From an uncultured Candidatus Saccharibacteria bacterium (GTDB taxonomy: Bacteria > Patescibacteriota > Doudnabacteria > UBA920): a stretch of 64,000 nucleotides of DNA. Positions 38,111 through 47,533 of this stretch are shown here, one piece after another. The DNA lies in the NCBI GenBank assembly GCA_964512925.1, contig CAZEKH010000005.1, forward strand, positions 4,325 to 68,324, written 5' to 3'. The first letter of the stretch is position 1; each line of letters starts with the position of its first letter. Made by a program: the position numbers and the translations under genes. The notes beneath the pieces were generated by a model. That model made no database searches and was not told the DNA's origin. It saw nothing but the letters and a program-made list of their open reading frames with translations.

Positions 38111-38169
38111 ACACATCCTTTGCCTCAAGTTGAGGCTGAATAATTATAATTTATAAATTTTTTTTGTCA

Positions 38170-39219
38170 ATGCTAATCGACACCCACGCTCACATTAACT
38201 TTAAAGCTTATGAAGACGACGCAGAGGAAGTTTTGCGCAGGGCTTTTGAGAGTGGGGTTATGGTTATAAACGTGGGGACGCAGTTGGACACTTCAGAGCA
38301 GTCTGTTAGGCTTGCTGAGAGGTACTCTAAAAAAAATATCCCTCCTCACTCCTCCCTTAATTTAAGGGAGGAAGCAGCACAATTACCCCCTCTTAAGGTA
38401 AGAGGGGGTCAGGGGGGTGATATTAAGGCGGTTTATTCCGTAGTTGGACTTCATCCCGTTCATACTTACTCCCAGCACGTAGACGAAGAAGAGAGTCATT
38501 TTAAAACGCGGGAAGAAAAGTTTGACTATGAGGCGTATAAAAAATTGGCACAAAATGATTTGGTGGTGGGGATTGGGGAATGTGGACTTGATTATTTTAG
38601 ATTGAAGATTGATGATTTAAGATTGCCAATAGAACAAATTAAAGAAAATCAGAAACAGGCATTTATGCAACAGGTGAGGCTGGCAAAGGAACTAAACAAA
38701 GCTTTGGTCATACACTGTAGGCCTTCGGAGGGGACGAGTGATGCGTATGAAGATATACTGGCAATTCTGGATTCAGAATTGCAAATTTCAAATATCAAAT
38801 TACAAAATTCAACAAACTCCGCTACACCCTCTACCCTAAACCCTAATCCCTTTCGTTTTGAGATCCACTCTTTTACTGGTACCCCCGACATAGTCCAAGA
38901 GTTTTTAAAGCGTGGCGCGTATGTGGGGCTAAATGGTATAATTACATTCGGAGACCGAAAATCAAAAAATATAGCGACGTCCGCCTCGGGCGGAGATAAG
39001 AGTGGAAACATGGACAATGTTTTGAAAACTGTCCCTTTAGACCGTATTGTCCTTGAAACTGACAGCCCGTATCTTACGCCAAAACCAAACCGGGGCAAAA
39101 GAAACGAGCCTTCCTATGTCCGTTTTGTTGCCGAACATATTGCTCAAGTAAAAAATATAGATTTTGCCCAAGTCGAAGAGCAAACCACAAAAAACGCAAT
39201 TAATTTGTTTAAGTTATAA
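38170..39219 (+). CDS. tatD: TatD family DNase with four repeat-derived insertions
   Basis: LIDTHAH, GLHP, IGECGLDY, VIHCR, IHSF, LETDSPYL and RGKRNEP motifs. Confidence 0.95.
   Translation: MLIDTHAHINFKAYEDDAEEVLRRAFESGVMVINVGTQLDTSEQSVRLAERYSKKNIPPHSSLNLREEAAQLPPLKVRGGQGGDIKAVYSVVGLHPVHTYSQHVDEEESHFKTREEKFDYEAYKKLAQNDLVVGIGECGLDYFRLKIDDLRLPIEQIKENQKQAFMQQVRLAKELNKALVIHCRPSEGTSDAYEDILAILDSELQISNIKLQNSTNSATPSTLNPNPFRFEIHSFTGTPDIVQEFLKRGAYVGLNGIITFGDRKSKNIATSASGGDKSGNMDNVLKTVPLDRIVLETDSPYLTPKPNRGKRNEPSYVRFVAEHIAQVKNIDFAQVEEQTTKNAINLFKL
38337..38422. repeat. Family A doublet, in-frame in tatD
   Basis: Encodes IPPHSSLNLREEAAQLPPLKVRGGQGGD; hairpins CCTCCCTTAA/TTAAGGGAGG and ACCCCCTCTTA/TAAGAGGGGGT. 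Confidence 0.88.
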
Positions 39220-39223
39220 ATTT

Positions 39224-39691
39224 ATGGGAGAAAAACCAGATTTTTTAAGGACTGAATTTATGGCTGGGGCTAAAAGTCCAAGAGAACAGATTGAAAGAAC
39301 AATAGAACATCAGAAAGATTTGCTTTATAACATTAGTTTAAAGATTGCTGAAAAATCTGTTGATGGAAATAAAAGTACCTATGAATGGGTTCAAAATAGA
39401 CATAAATTTATATTCGAAAAAGAACTAAAATTAGCAAATACTTTTACACTTACGTCAGGGGATGAGAAATGGGAAAATCATTTAAGTACACCAATTGCTG
39501 GGCAACTTAGAGTTACAACCTTTAAAGGTGGAGAATATGCTCAAGTTGTGTCCTCCTATGGTTTTTTAAAAGTTCTGGATACACACATAACAAATTTAGA
39601 AACAGGAAAAACCGATGAGGAAATTAAAGAATATTTAATTGAAAAAGTTAAGGATATATTGGAGAATTGGGCATTGTTAATGCCAGAATAA
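39224..39691 (+). CDS. AT-rich orphan protein
   Basis: ATG 4 nt after the tatD stop; 155 aa. Confidence 0.55.
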   Translation: MGEKPDFLRTEFMAGAKSPREQIERTIEHQKDLLYNISLKIAEKSVDGNKSTYEWVQNRHKFIFEKELKLANTFTLTSGDEKWENHLSTPIAGQLRVTTFKGGEYAQVVSSYGFLKVLDTHITNLETGKTDEEIKEYLIEKVKDILENWALLMPE

Positions 39692-39774
39692 TTATAAAGT
39701 TAACTATTCAAAAAAAAATTAAAAACCCACTGCGCTGCGACGTGAAATTTAGGGACAAAACTTTTTTAATAAAA

Positions 39775-42393
39775 ATGTCAAGTAGATATAATCCACAGAA
39801 AATTGAAACTAAGTGGCCCTCCTACGCTAAAGCTACGAAGGGCAGGCAAAAGGTTTCTAAATATAAACCCCAGGAAATTGAACGTAAGTGGCAGTCACTG
39901 TGGTTTAAGAAGAAGCCTTTTTCTGCTGTGGAAAATAAGAGAAAGAAAAAATACATTTTAGTTGAGTTTCCTTACCCTTCGGGAGCGGGTTTACATATGG
40001 GGCACTTAAGGCCGTATGTGGCGGCAGATGTAACTGCTAGGTTTTTGCGCCTTACCGGGCATGAGGTTTTGTTTCCTATGGGCTGGGACGCGTTTGGGCT
40101 GCCGGCGGAAAACTACGCCATAAAAATGGGAGTGCACCCGACCATAACCACCAAGAAAAATGTGGCGAACGCAAAAAAACAAATGTTGTCGTGGGGGCTT
40201 TCTTTTGACTGGAAAAGGGAGATAAACACAACTGACCCTAACTACTACAAATGGACGCAGTGGTTGTTTTTGCAATTTTTCAAAAAAGGTTTGGCGTTTG
40301 AAAAAACCGGACTTATAAACTGGTGTCCAAAAGACAAGACAGGGCTTGCCAACGAAGAAGTAATAGACGGCAAATGCGAACGCTGCGGAACAGTAGTTGA
40401 AAAAAAAGAACTTCGCCAATGGTACCTAAAAATCACAGACTACGCTGAGAAATTATTAGCTGGTCTAAAGGATTTAACCGAATGGCCTGAAGCAGTCAAG
40501 CTTCAGCAGGAAAATTGGATAGGGAAAAAGACGGGCATAAACATTACATATGAGATTGAAGGTAAAAACAAAACAATAACTTGTTTTACCACGCGTCCTG
40601 ATACTAATTTTGGCGCAACTTTTATCGTTATTGGTCCTGAGCATCCTTTGATACAGCAAAATGAACTTGGTATTCAGAACTATGACGAAGTTAAAAGGTA
40701 TATCGAAAAAGCAAAGGAACAGACTGAGCAAGACAGGACTGCGGAGAATCGCAAAAAAACAGGAGTCTTTACTGGGCTATATTGCATAAATACTTTAAAT
40801 AACTACAAGATGCCTTTGTATGTAGCAGATTATGTTCTTGGAAATGTGGGCACAGGGGCTGTGGTCGGGGTGCCTGGGCACGACAAACGGGATTTTGAGT
40901 TTGCGCAAGTTTTTGGTATTGAAGTAAAAAGAGTTGTGCAAAAAAATGTAGACGATACTGGAATTATTGACCATATAGACAAGGTTCAAGAAGAAGAAGG
41001 GAAGATGGTAAATTCCGGTTTCTTAAATGGGCTTGATATTCACGAGGCCACTGAGAAAATAATGGACTATATGGAAAGTGAGGGTTATGGTAAAAGAGTT
41101 ACCAACTACAAACTCCGTGACTGGGTGTTTTCGCGCCAGCGTTACTGGGGAGAGCCGATACCTTTAATTCATTGCGATCCGCCAGCTGGCGGATGTGGCG
41201 TTGTGGCTGTACCGGAAAAAGATTTACCGGTTAAACTTCCAAATGTAAAAAAATACGAACCGACGGGAACAGGAGAGTCGCCGCTGGCTGGCATAGACAA
41301 ATGGGTAAATACCAAATGCCCGAAGTGCAAAGGCCCGGCTAAAAGGGAAACCAACACCATGCCTCAGTGGGCGGGCAGCTCGTGGTATTGGCTTAGGTAT
41401 TTGGACCCTAAAAATACCAAAACTTTTTCCGACATAAAAAAACAGAAATATTGGACACCGGTAGATGTGTATTTTGGCGGGATGGAACACACGACTTTAC
41501 ATTTGCTTTATTCACGTTTTTGGAATTTGTTTTTATACGACCAAAAGCTGGTTACAGAAAAAGAACCTTACAAGAGGCGTTTTCCGCACGGGATAATTTT
41601 GGGCCCAGATGGGGAAAAAATGTCTAAGAGTAGAGGCAACGTGGTGGATCCGCAGAAATTGGTCAAAGAATTTGGCGCTGACGCGGTACGTATGTATCAG
41701 CTGTTTTTAGGTCCTCACGGGGATATGATTGCTTGGAATGACCAGGGGATAGTCGGAGTGAAAAGGTTTTTGGATAGAGTTTGGAGTTGGGCACAGCAAT
41801 TGAATATTGAAGATATAAGATTGAAGATTGTAGACAGTGAGATAGTAGAACGGGAGATAAACAAACTGGTTAAGAAAATCACTGAGGACTTGGAAGCAAT
41901 GCGGTTTAATACCTGTATTTCGGCTTTTATGTCGTTTTTAAATGAAGTCAAAGACGAGCAAGTGTCTTTAGAAACAGTTAGAAAGTTTTTGATTCTTTTG
42001 AGCCCGTTTGCGCCGCATATTGCTGAAGAACTACTTGAGAGAGTTAGAGAGTTAGAGAGTAAGAGGGTGAGTAGATCAGTTAATCAGACAATCAGTAAAT
42101 CAGAAAGTCAGAAAGTCAAAACAAAACTCCCTCCAACCCCCTCTTTGTCAAAGAGGGGGAGCAAGGGGGAGTTCGCAGAGTGGCCTCAGTGGGACGAGAG
42201 TAAAATTTTAGAAGCTACAGCAGAGATCATCGTCCAGGTTAACGGCAAAGTCAAAGGCAAGGTAGTTGTGCCAAACCAAAGCAGTGAAGAAGTGGTAAAA
42301 GAAGCTATGCTGAAACTCCCGCAGTTTTCGTCTCTTGGTGAAATAAAAAGAACAATCTATGTGCCCAATAGACTTATTAACTTAGTTATTTAG
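39775..42393 (+). CDS. leuS: Leucine--tRNA ligase with several repeat-derived insertions
   Basis: FPYPSG.GLHMGH, GWDAFGLPAEN, FTTRPDT, DW.FSRQRYWG, KMSKS and VQVNGK motifs. Confidence 0.97.
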   Translation: MSSRYNPQKIETKWPSYAKATKGRQKVSKYKPQEIERKWQSLWFKKKPFSAVENKRKKKYILVEFPYPSGAGLHMGHLRPYVAADVTARFLRLTGHEVLFPMGWDAFGLPAENYAIKMGVHPTITTKKNVANAKKQMLSWGLSFDWKREINTTDPNYYKWTQWLFLQFFKKGLAFEKTGLINWCPKDKTGLANEEVIDGKCERCGTVVEKKELRQWYLKITDYAEKLLAGLKDLTEWPEAVKLQQENWIGKKTGINITYEIEGKNKTITCFTTRPDTNFGATFIVIGPEHPLIQQNELGIQNYDEVKRYIEKAKEQTEQDRTAENRKKTGVFTGLYCINTLNNYKMPLYVADYVLGNVGTGAVVGVPGHDKRDFEFAQVFGIEVKRVVQKNVDDTGIIDHIDKVQEEEGKMVNSGFLNGLDIHEATEKIMDYMESEGYGKRVTNYKLRDWVFSRQRYWGEPIPLIHCDPPAGGCGVVAVPEKDLPVKLPNVKKYEPTGTGESPLAGIDKWVNTKCPKCKGPAKRETNTMPQWAGSSWYWLRYLDPKNTKTFSDIKKQKYWTPVDVYFGGMEHTTLHLLYSRFWNLFLYDQKLVTEKEPYKRRFPHGIILGPDGEKMSKSRGNVVDPQKLVKEFGADAVRMYQLFLGPHGDMIAWNDQGIVGVKRFLDRVWSWAQQLNIEDIRLKIVDSEIVEREINKLVKKITEDLEAMRFNTCISAFMSFLNEVKDEQVSLETVRKFLILLSPFAPHIAEELLERVRELESKRVSRSVNQTISKSESQKVKTKLPPTPSLSKRGSKGEFAEWPQWDESKILEATAEIIVQVNGKVKGKVVVPNQSSEEVVKEAMLKLPQFSSLGEIKRTIYVPNRLINLVI
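39817..39846 (-). repeat. 30-nt family D element, in-frame in leuS
   Basis: CCCTCCTACGCTAAAGCTACGAAGGGCAGG; removing it restores the codons for KWQK. Confidence 0.8.
42125..42173. repeat. Family A element, in-frame in leuS
   Basis: AACTCCCTCCAACCCCCTCTTTGTCAAAGAGGGGGAGCAAGGGGGAGTT; encodes LPPTPSLSKRGSKGE. Confidence 0.88.
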
Positions 42394-42486
42394 GTTTTTG
42401 ATTTTAGTATCGAACAAAAACAAATACAATGACAAACTTAAGAAATAAATCTTTCAATCTTAAATCATTAAATCATAAATTTTAAA

Positions 42487-43635
42487 GTGCTTCTAAATTT
42501 CCATCTTCCATCCTATTTCACCAAAAGCGTAAAAAAAGAAATTGGCGAACTTTATGCCCATAGCGCCATACTAAATATGGCATCTTCAATGATGCTTTTG
42601 TTTGAACCGATTTTTTTGTACGCGGTTTTGGGTTTTTCCATAAACCAGGTAATGCTGTTTACCGCTATCGTCTACGGGGTTTATATTGTTTTTATCCCTT
42701 GGGGAGGAAAAATCGCTTCCTTTTACGGGTACAAACACGCCATAGCATTAAGCGTGCCGTTCCAAATCATCTACTGGGCAATGCTTATAGCTTCGCAGGA
42801 TGCGAGCCATCTGGCTTTTGCCGCGGGCATATTTTACGGACTTTCCAAATCTTTATATTGGCCTGGATTTCATAGCCTGATGGCCAGGTATGCTGACCAG
42901 GGACAAGTGGGACGCGAGTTTGGCGTGGTTTACGCGCTTATAAGCATCACTCATATAGCCGGGCCGTTTTTGGCCGGATATATATCCCAAAATTTTGGCT
43001 TTACTGCCAGCTTTATAATCGTAATGATACTTCAAGCAGGAAGCCTTTTGCCTTTATTTAAGGCAAAGGAAGTTTTTTTGCCAAAGGTATATAGCTATAG
43101 TCAGACTTTGGCTTTGTATCGGCAGTTTCCGAAAAAAGCATTGGGCTACTTGGGTTTTGGGGAAGAAATGCTGGTCTTAAACATTTGGCCGATATTCATA
43201 TACATTGTAGTGAAAAACTACGAAGAAGCTGGACTTTTGGCCACTGGCTCAAGCCTTGTCGCCGCGCTCTTGGCTTTAATAGTTGGAAAAATTACGGACC
43301 AATACTCAAAAAGAATTCTCATAAAACTAGGAGCTTTTTTTACAGCAATGATTTGGATTGCAAGATACATAGCCAATTCCGCAGGTACTGTTTTTGCAAC
43401 TGACACCATGTCACGCGCCAGTAAGGAGATGGCTTTCATACCGATTTCCACTGCCACCTACATCCGCGCGGAAAATACCCACGTGGTGCCGTATGTGGTA
43501 TTCTTTGAACAGAGTTTGGCAATTGGCAAACTCCTTGCCTGTATCCTTGGCATAATTATATTCTCGCTTACTGGCAGTTTTATGGCTTTGTTTGTGCTCG
43601 GTGCTTTGTTTAGTTTGCTTTATATGTTTATTTAA
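42487..43635 (+). CDS. MFS transporter
   Basis: About 12 TM, with GGKIA.FYGYK, 'GREFG', GP.LAG and GK.TD...KR motifs. Confidence 0.85.
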   Translation: MLLNFHLPSYFTKSVKKEIGELYAHSAILNMASSMMLLFEPIFLYAVLGFSINQVMLFTAIVYGVYIVFIPWGGKIASFYGYKHAIALSVPFQIIYWAMLIASQDASHLAFAAGIFYGLSKSLYWPGFHSLMARYADQGQVGREFGVVYALISITHIAGPFLAGYISQNFGFTASFIIVMILQAGSLLPLFKAKEVFLPKVYSYSQTLALYRQFPKKALGYLGFGEEMLVLNIWPIFIYIVVKNYEEAGLLATGSSLVAALLALIVGKITDQYSKRILIKLGAFFTAMIWIARYIANSAGTVFATDTMSRASKEMAFIPISTATYIRAENTHVVPYVVFFEQSLAIGKLLACILGIIIFSLTGSFMALFVLGALFSLLYMFI

Positions 43636-43697
43636 TAGCAGTTAGTAAGTAGTGGTTAGGGGTTAGGCTAGAATGATAGAAAATAGAGTTAAAAAAT

Positions 43698-44510
43698 ATG
43701 AAAGAAAAATCAAGATTAAAACCAAATGAATTATTTTTTTCTGAAAGAAGTGCGGTTGCCAGGGAGATTTTAGCTTCAAGAAATCTTGAAAGAAGTTATT
43801 CAAAAACCAATAATGAGTTTGAAATTTACAGGGATGCAATTGATTATATTGTGGGCATGGGTGGTTTAAGTCATGCGTTAAAACAAGCAAAAGATGTAGA
43901 AGGTTTGAATGTTTTAGACTTGGGTGCTGGATCAACTAAAGCAATATCGCAGTTTAGAGATTCAGAGTTTGGCAAGGGTTTAAATTTCTACGCCACAACT
44001 TTATCGCATAACTCGGCTATTTCTGAGAATTTGGGGAATGAAAATACAGCTATAACATCTATAGAATCTTTTAGATCAAAAAATATTCCTATGTCGGGTT
44101 ATGGATTGGTAATGAGTAATCATGGATTTGGCTATTCCGATAAACTAGGTCTGGCTACAGGAAATTTAAAAAACTTATTAGTTGATGGGGGGGTGTTTAA
44201 AGCAAGTATGCCTTACGATTATATAGTTAGAAAAGAAACTAGGTATGGTGATTTAATTCATAAAGAACCTGAAGTAATATATAAAATTTTACAAGAAGCA
44301 GGATTTGATGTTTTTTTGGCTAAACACGTTTTTGATGGTAATGATAATTTTGCAGTTATCACAGCTGTTAAAAATGGTAATAGCGGTTCCGCGAGAGTTA
44401 TTTATGAGGCAGATCTTTCTGACTATCTCAATCAGGCTAGAAAATTAGCTGTATCCCAGAAAGATATTGAATTTTTAGATAATCTGATAAGCCAAAACCA
44501 ACCTAATTAA
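43698..44510 (+). CDS. AT-rich protein with a SAM-binding-like motif
   Basis: VLDLGAG and L..GGVF motifs. Confidence 0.55.
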   Translation: MKEKSRLKPNELFFSERSAVAREILASRNLERSYSKTNNEFEIYRDAIDYIVGMGGLSHALKQAKDVEGLNVLDLGAGSTKAISQFRDSEFGKGLNFYATTLSHNSAISENLGNENTAITSIESFRSKNIPMSGYGLVMSNHGFGYSDKLGLATGNLKNLLVDGGVFKASMPYDYIVRKETRYGDLIHKEPEVIYKILQEAGFDVFLAKHVFDGNDNFAVITAVKNGNSGSARVIYEADLSDYLNQARKLAVSQKDIEFLDNLISQNQPN

Positions 44511-44594
44511 ATGAAAAAAAATAAATTCCAAATTAAATATCAGAGCATGGAGTGGTAGTTTTTGTTTGGCTTAAAGTTTTAGGCATAACATTAA

Positions 44595-44618
44595 GATTCC
44601 CGTTTTCACGGGAATGAC
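44595..44618. repeat. Family B (dRS3-like) hairpin
   Basis: G-ATTCCC-GTTTTCAC-GGGAAT-GAC. Confidence 0.75.
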
Positions 44619-44629
44619 AATAAGGACAT

Positions 44630-45880
44630 ATGAATTATCCAAACATCAAAAACCAAGATCCCAAACTTTACGAAATAATCAAACGCGAAGAGCAGAGGCA
44701 GAAAGAAGGTATAGAGCTTATCGCTTCGGAAAATTATGTTTCTCCGGCAGTTTTGGAAGCTATGGGCAGTATACTAACCAACAAATATTCAGAAGGCTAC
44801 CCGGGAAAAAGATATTATGGCGGCAATGAAGTTATAGACGAGGCGGAAAATTTGGCCATAGAAAGAGCTAAGCAGCTATTTCAGGCAGAGCATATAAACG
44901 TCCAGCCGCTGTCCGGCAGTCCCGCAAACCTCGCAGTTTATATGGCGCTTTTAAATCCTGGCGACAAAGTATTAGGCTTTTCCTTAGATCAGGGAGGGCA
45001 CTTGTCCCACGGACATCCTATGAATTTTTCCGGAAAGTTATATACCATAATCCCGTATTTTGTAAAAAAAGAAACTGAAGTCATAGATATGGACGAAGTG
45101 GAAGCAATAGCTTTACGCGAAAAACCGAAGATGATCTTGGCGGGTTTTTCTGCCTACTCACGTTCTTTGGATTGGAAAAGGTTTAGGGAAATAGCGGACA
45201 AGGTTGGAGCGTACTTATTTGCCGACATAGCGCACATAGCCGGGCTGATTGCCGGAAAGCAGCTTGAAAATCCTGTTCCTTACTGCGATGTGGTTTCTAC
45301 AACTACTCATAAAACTTTGCGTGGGCCAAGAGGGGCGATGATTATGTGTAAAGAAAAATTTGCATCAGCTATCGATAAAGCAGTTTTTCCGGGAGTGCAA
45401 GGCGGACCGCACGACCATATAAACGCAGCTAAAGCAGTTTCTTTTTTGGAAGCCTTAAGACCGGAATTTCAGGAGTATTCCAAACAAGTAATTTTGAACG
45501 CTCAGGCTTTGTCGTCAGTGCTTATTGGTAAAGGTTATAAAATTATTTCTGGCGGTACAGACAACCACCTGATGCTTGTGGATTTATTCGGCTCAAAAGG
45601 CATAACCGGAAAAGAAGGGGAGAAGGCTTTAGAAAGTGTTGGTATTTCCATAAACAAAAATATGGTTCCTTACGACACAAGAAAGCCTCTAGATCCTTCT
45701 GGTATTCGGCTTGGCACACCTGCGCTTACCACCCGCGGATGCAAAGAAGAAGATATAAAAATTGTTGCGGAGTTGATAGATAAGAGTTTAATGAACAAAG
45801 ATAATGCAGAAAAACTGAAATCCATAAAACAGGAAGTTAAGGAATTTTCACTTAAATTTCCTGTTCCCGCGATAGATTAA
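44630..45880 (+). CDS. glyA: Serine hydroxymethyltransferase
   Basis: [37 protein letters not shown] and SGIRLGT motifs. Confidence 0.98.
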   Translation: MNYPNIKNQDPKLYEIIKREEQRQKEGIELIASENYVSPAVLEAMGSILTNKYSEGYPGKRYYGGNEVIDEAENLAIERAKQLFQAEHINVQPLSGSPANLAVYMALLNPGDKVLGFSLDQGGHLSHGHPMNFSGKLYTIIPYFVKKETEVIDMDEVEAIALREKPKMILAGFSAYSRSLDWKRFREIADKVGAYLFADIAHIAGLIAGKQLENPVPYCDVVSTTTHKTLRGPRGAMIMCKEKFASAIDKAVFPGVQGGPHDHINAAKAVSFLEALRPEFQEYSKQVILNAQALSSVLIGKGYKIISGGTDNHLMLVDLFGSKGITGKEGEKALESVGISINKNMVPYDTRKPLDPSGIRLGTPALTTRGCKEEDIKIVAELIDKSLMNKDNAEKLKSIKQEVKEFSLKFPVPAID

Positions 45881-45989
45881 GGTTAAATACTACCATACCA
45901 CATAGTATTGTAGTATTTAACGAATAAAAAAATATATTAAATAATTTAAATCCGATATATTTAGTATTTGAAAAGTATGTCGCTGTTTT

Positions 45990-46796
45990 ATGGTCAATAA
46001 TTTATTTCAAAGTTTTATTTTAGGAGCGGTTCAGGGGCTTGGTGAGTTTTTGCCTATTTCTTCTTCCGGGCATTTGGTGCTTGTCCATGCGTTGTTTAAA
46101 AAAGATTTAGGTCTGGGTTTTGACGTTATGCTCCACTTAGGAACTCTTATTGCAGTCGTCTTTTATTTCAGGCAAGATATTTTAAACATGGCCCGCGGGT
46201 TTTGGCACAGTCTTTTTAGAAAGACAAGAGATTTAAGTAGTATTTACCAAAAATTACCCATAATGGTTCTAGTCGCCACACTGCCGGCGGTTATTTTTGG
46301 AATAATCTTAAAACCATACGCGGAAACAATATTTAGAAACCCGGTTTTAGTAGCCCTTTCTTTAGCTGTTTTTGGTATTGTGATTTGGCTTTCTGAAAAA
46401 TTCGGTAAAAAAAGTTTAGATTTAAACAGCATTACTTTGAAGAGCGCTTTGGTTATTGGTTGGTTTCAGGCTTTGGCAATTGTTCCCGGAGTTTCCAGAA
46501 GCGGCGCAACTATTGCGGCCGCTATGTTTTTGGCATATAAACGGCCAGACGCAGCGCGCTTTAGTTTTTTGCTTTCATTGCCAATAATTTTTGGCGCTGT
46601 GCTTGTTGAAGCTAATAATATTGAGCTTTCTGAAATAAATTTAGAATTAGCAGTAGGTTTTATTAGCTCCCTGTTTTTTGGTTTTTTTGCTATTAAATAT
46701 TTACTTAAATATATTTCAAAAAACAGCTTCAATGTTTTTGTCTGGTATAGGCTCGCTTTGTCAGGTTTGATTTTATTGGTATATTATTTAAAATAA
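45990..46796 (+). CDS. uppP: Undecaprenyl-diphosphate phosphatase
   Basis: QGLGEFLPISSSGH, PGVSRSGAT and AARFSFLL motifs. Confidence 0.96.
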   Translation: MVNNLFQSFILGAVQGLGEFLPISSSGHLVLVHALFKKDLGLGFDVMLHLGTLIAVVFYFRQDILNMARGFWHSLFRKTRDLSSIYQKLPIMVLVATLPAVIFGIILKPYAETIFRNPVLVALSLAVFGIVIWLSEKFGKKSLDLNSITLKSALVIGWFQALAIVPGVSRSGATIAAAMFLAYKRPDAARFSFLLSLPIIFGAVLVEANNIELSEINLELAVGFISSLFFGFFAIKYLLKYISKNSFNVFVWYRLALSGLILLVYYLK

Positions 46797-46814
46797 TCAC
46801 CTTAAAAAGATTGC

Positions 46815-46848
46815 TGTCAATCGTAACACATATGTGTCATAGTTGACA
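46815..46848. repeat. 34-bp palindrome TGTCAA-N6-CACATATGTG-N6-TTGACA, copy 1
   Basis: Same architecture as 50262-50295. Confidence 0.75.
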
Positions 46849-46882
46849 GGAATTTGTTTTGATGGGAATTTGAATTGAAATT

Positions 46883-47413
46883 ATGAACATTGATTTTTCA
46901 GATCAACAATATTTAGCCTGGCAGGGGAGACTGAAATCGGATAAAATTTTCCGATTGTTTTGGACTTTTTGCGCGGTGTACTTGGTAGGAGTGTTTTATC
47001 TGTCGGCGATATTTTTACTTTTTCAAGAACATAGGCGGATGCTGGTTCTGTCTGTTATTTCTTTTGTTCTGGCTAGGCTGATTTTTTCTGAGATCGTATA
47101 TCTGTTTTACAAAAGACAAAGGCCTTTTCAGCGTCTTGGGTTTTTGCCTCCCTTTTCGCCTTTGTTTTTGAGCGTGAATTTAAAACGTCCCGACAGTATG
47201 CCTTCTGGCCACGCTGCCAGTTTGGTTGCTGTGAGTTTGGTTTGCTGGTATTTTTTCCCTATTGTCGGAAGTTTGGGGTTCATTGCCTCAGTTTTAAATT
47301 CTATGGGTAGAGTGGTGTGGGGATATCATTATAACTCTGACATTTTAGCTGGTTGGGTTTTGGGCTTTTTAACCAGCGGTTTTGTGCTTTACCTAATGGA
47401 AAGAATTTGGTAA
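46883..47413 (+). CDS. PAP2 family phosphatase
   Basis: R.RP, SMPSGHA and GRV..G.HY.SD..AG motifs. Confidence 0.9.
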   Translation: MNIDFSDQQYLAWQGRLKSDKIFRLFWTFCAVYLVGVFYLSAIFLLFQEHRRMLVLSVISFVLARLIFSEIVYLFYKRQRPFQRLGFLPPFSPLFLSVNLKRPDSMPSGHAASLVAVSLVCWYFFPIVGSLGFIASVLNSMGRVVWGYHYNSDILAGWVLGFLTSGFVLYLMERIW

Positions 47414-47429
47414 AATAAGGTTTAGTTTG

Positions 47430-47513
47430 GGCCGAGTGGTGGAATGGCAGACACAAACGACTCAAAATCGTTCGCTTAACGGCATGAGGGTTCGACTCCC
47501 TCCTCGGCCACCA
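47430..47513 (+). tRNA. tRNA-Leu(CAA)
   Basis: Acceptor GGCCGAG/CTCGGCC-ACCA, anticodon arm AACGA-CTCAAAA-TCGTT, long variable arm, T loop GGTTCGACTCC. Confidence 0.93.
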
Positions 47514-47533
47514 AAATTATTTAAAATAAACAG

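Noticed and set aside
39667-39774. Extended N-termini from the ORF track for leuS (also pepP 28346, rpmB 57051, maf 50791, 39164)
   Set aside because: These use non-ATG or overlapping upstream starts, and homology motifs begin at the downstream Met chosen in the features.
24757-42173. Inteins or self-splicing introns as the explanation for the protein insertions
   Set aside because: Inserts are only about 4-40 aa, lack Cys/Ser..His-Asn intein ends and group I/II cores, and match intergenic DNA palindromes.
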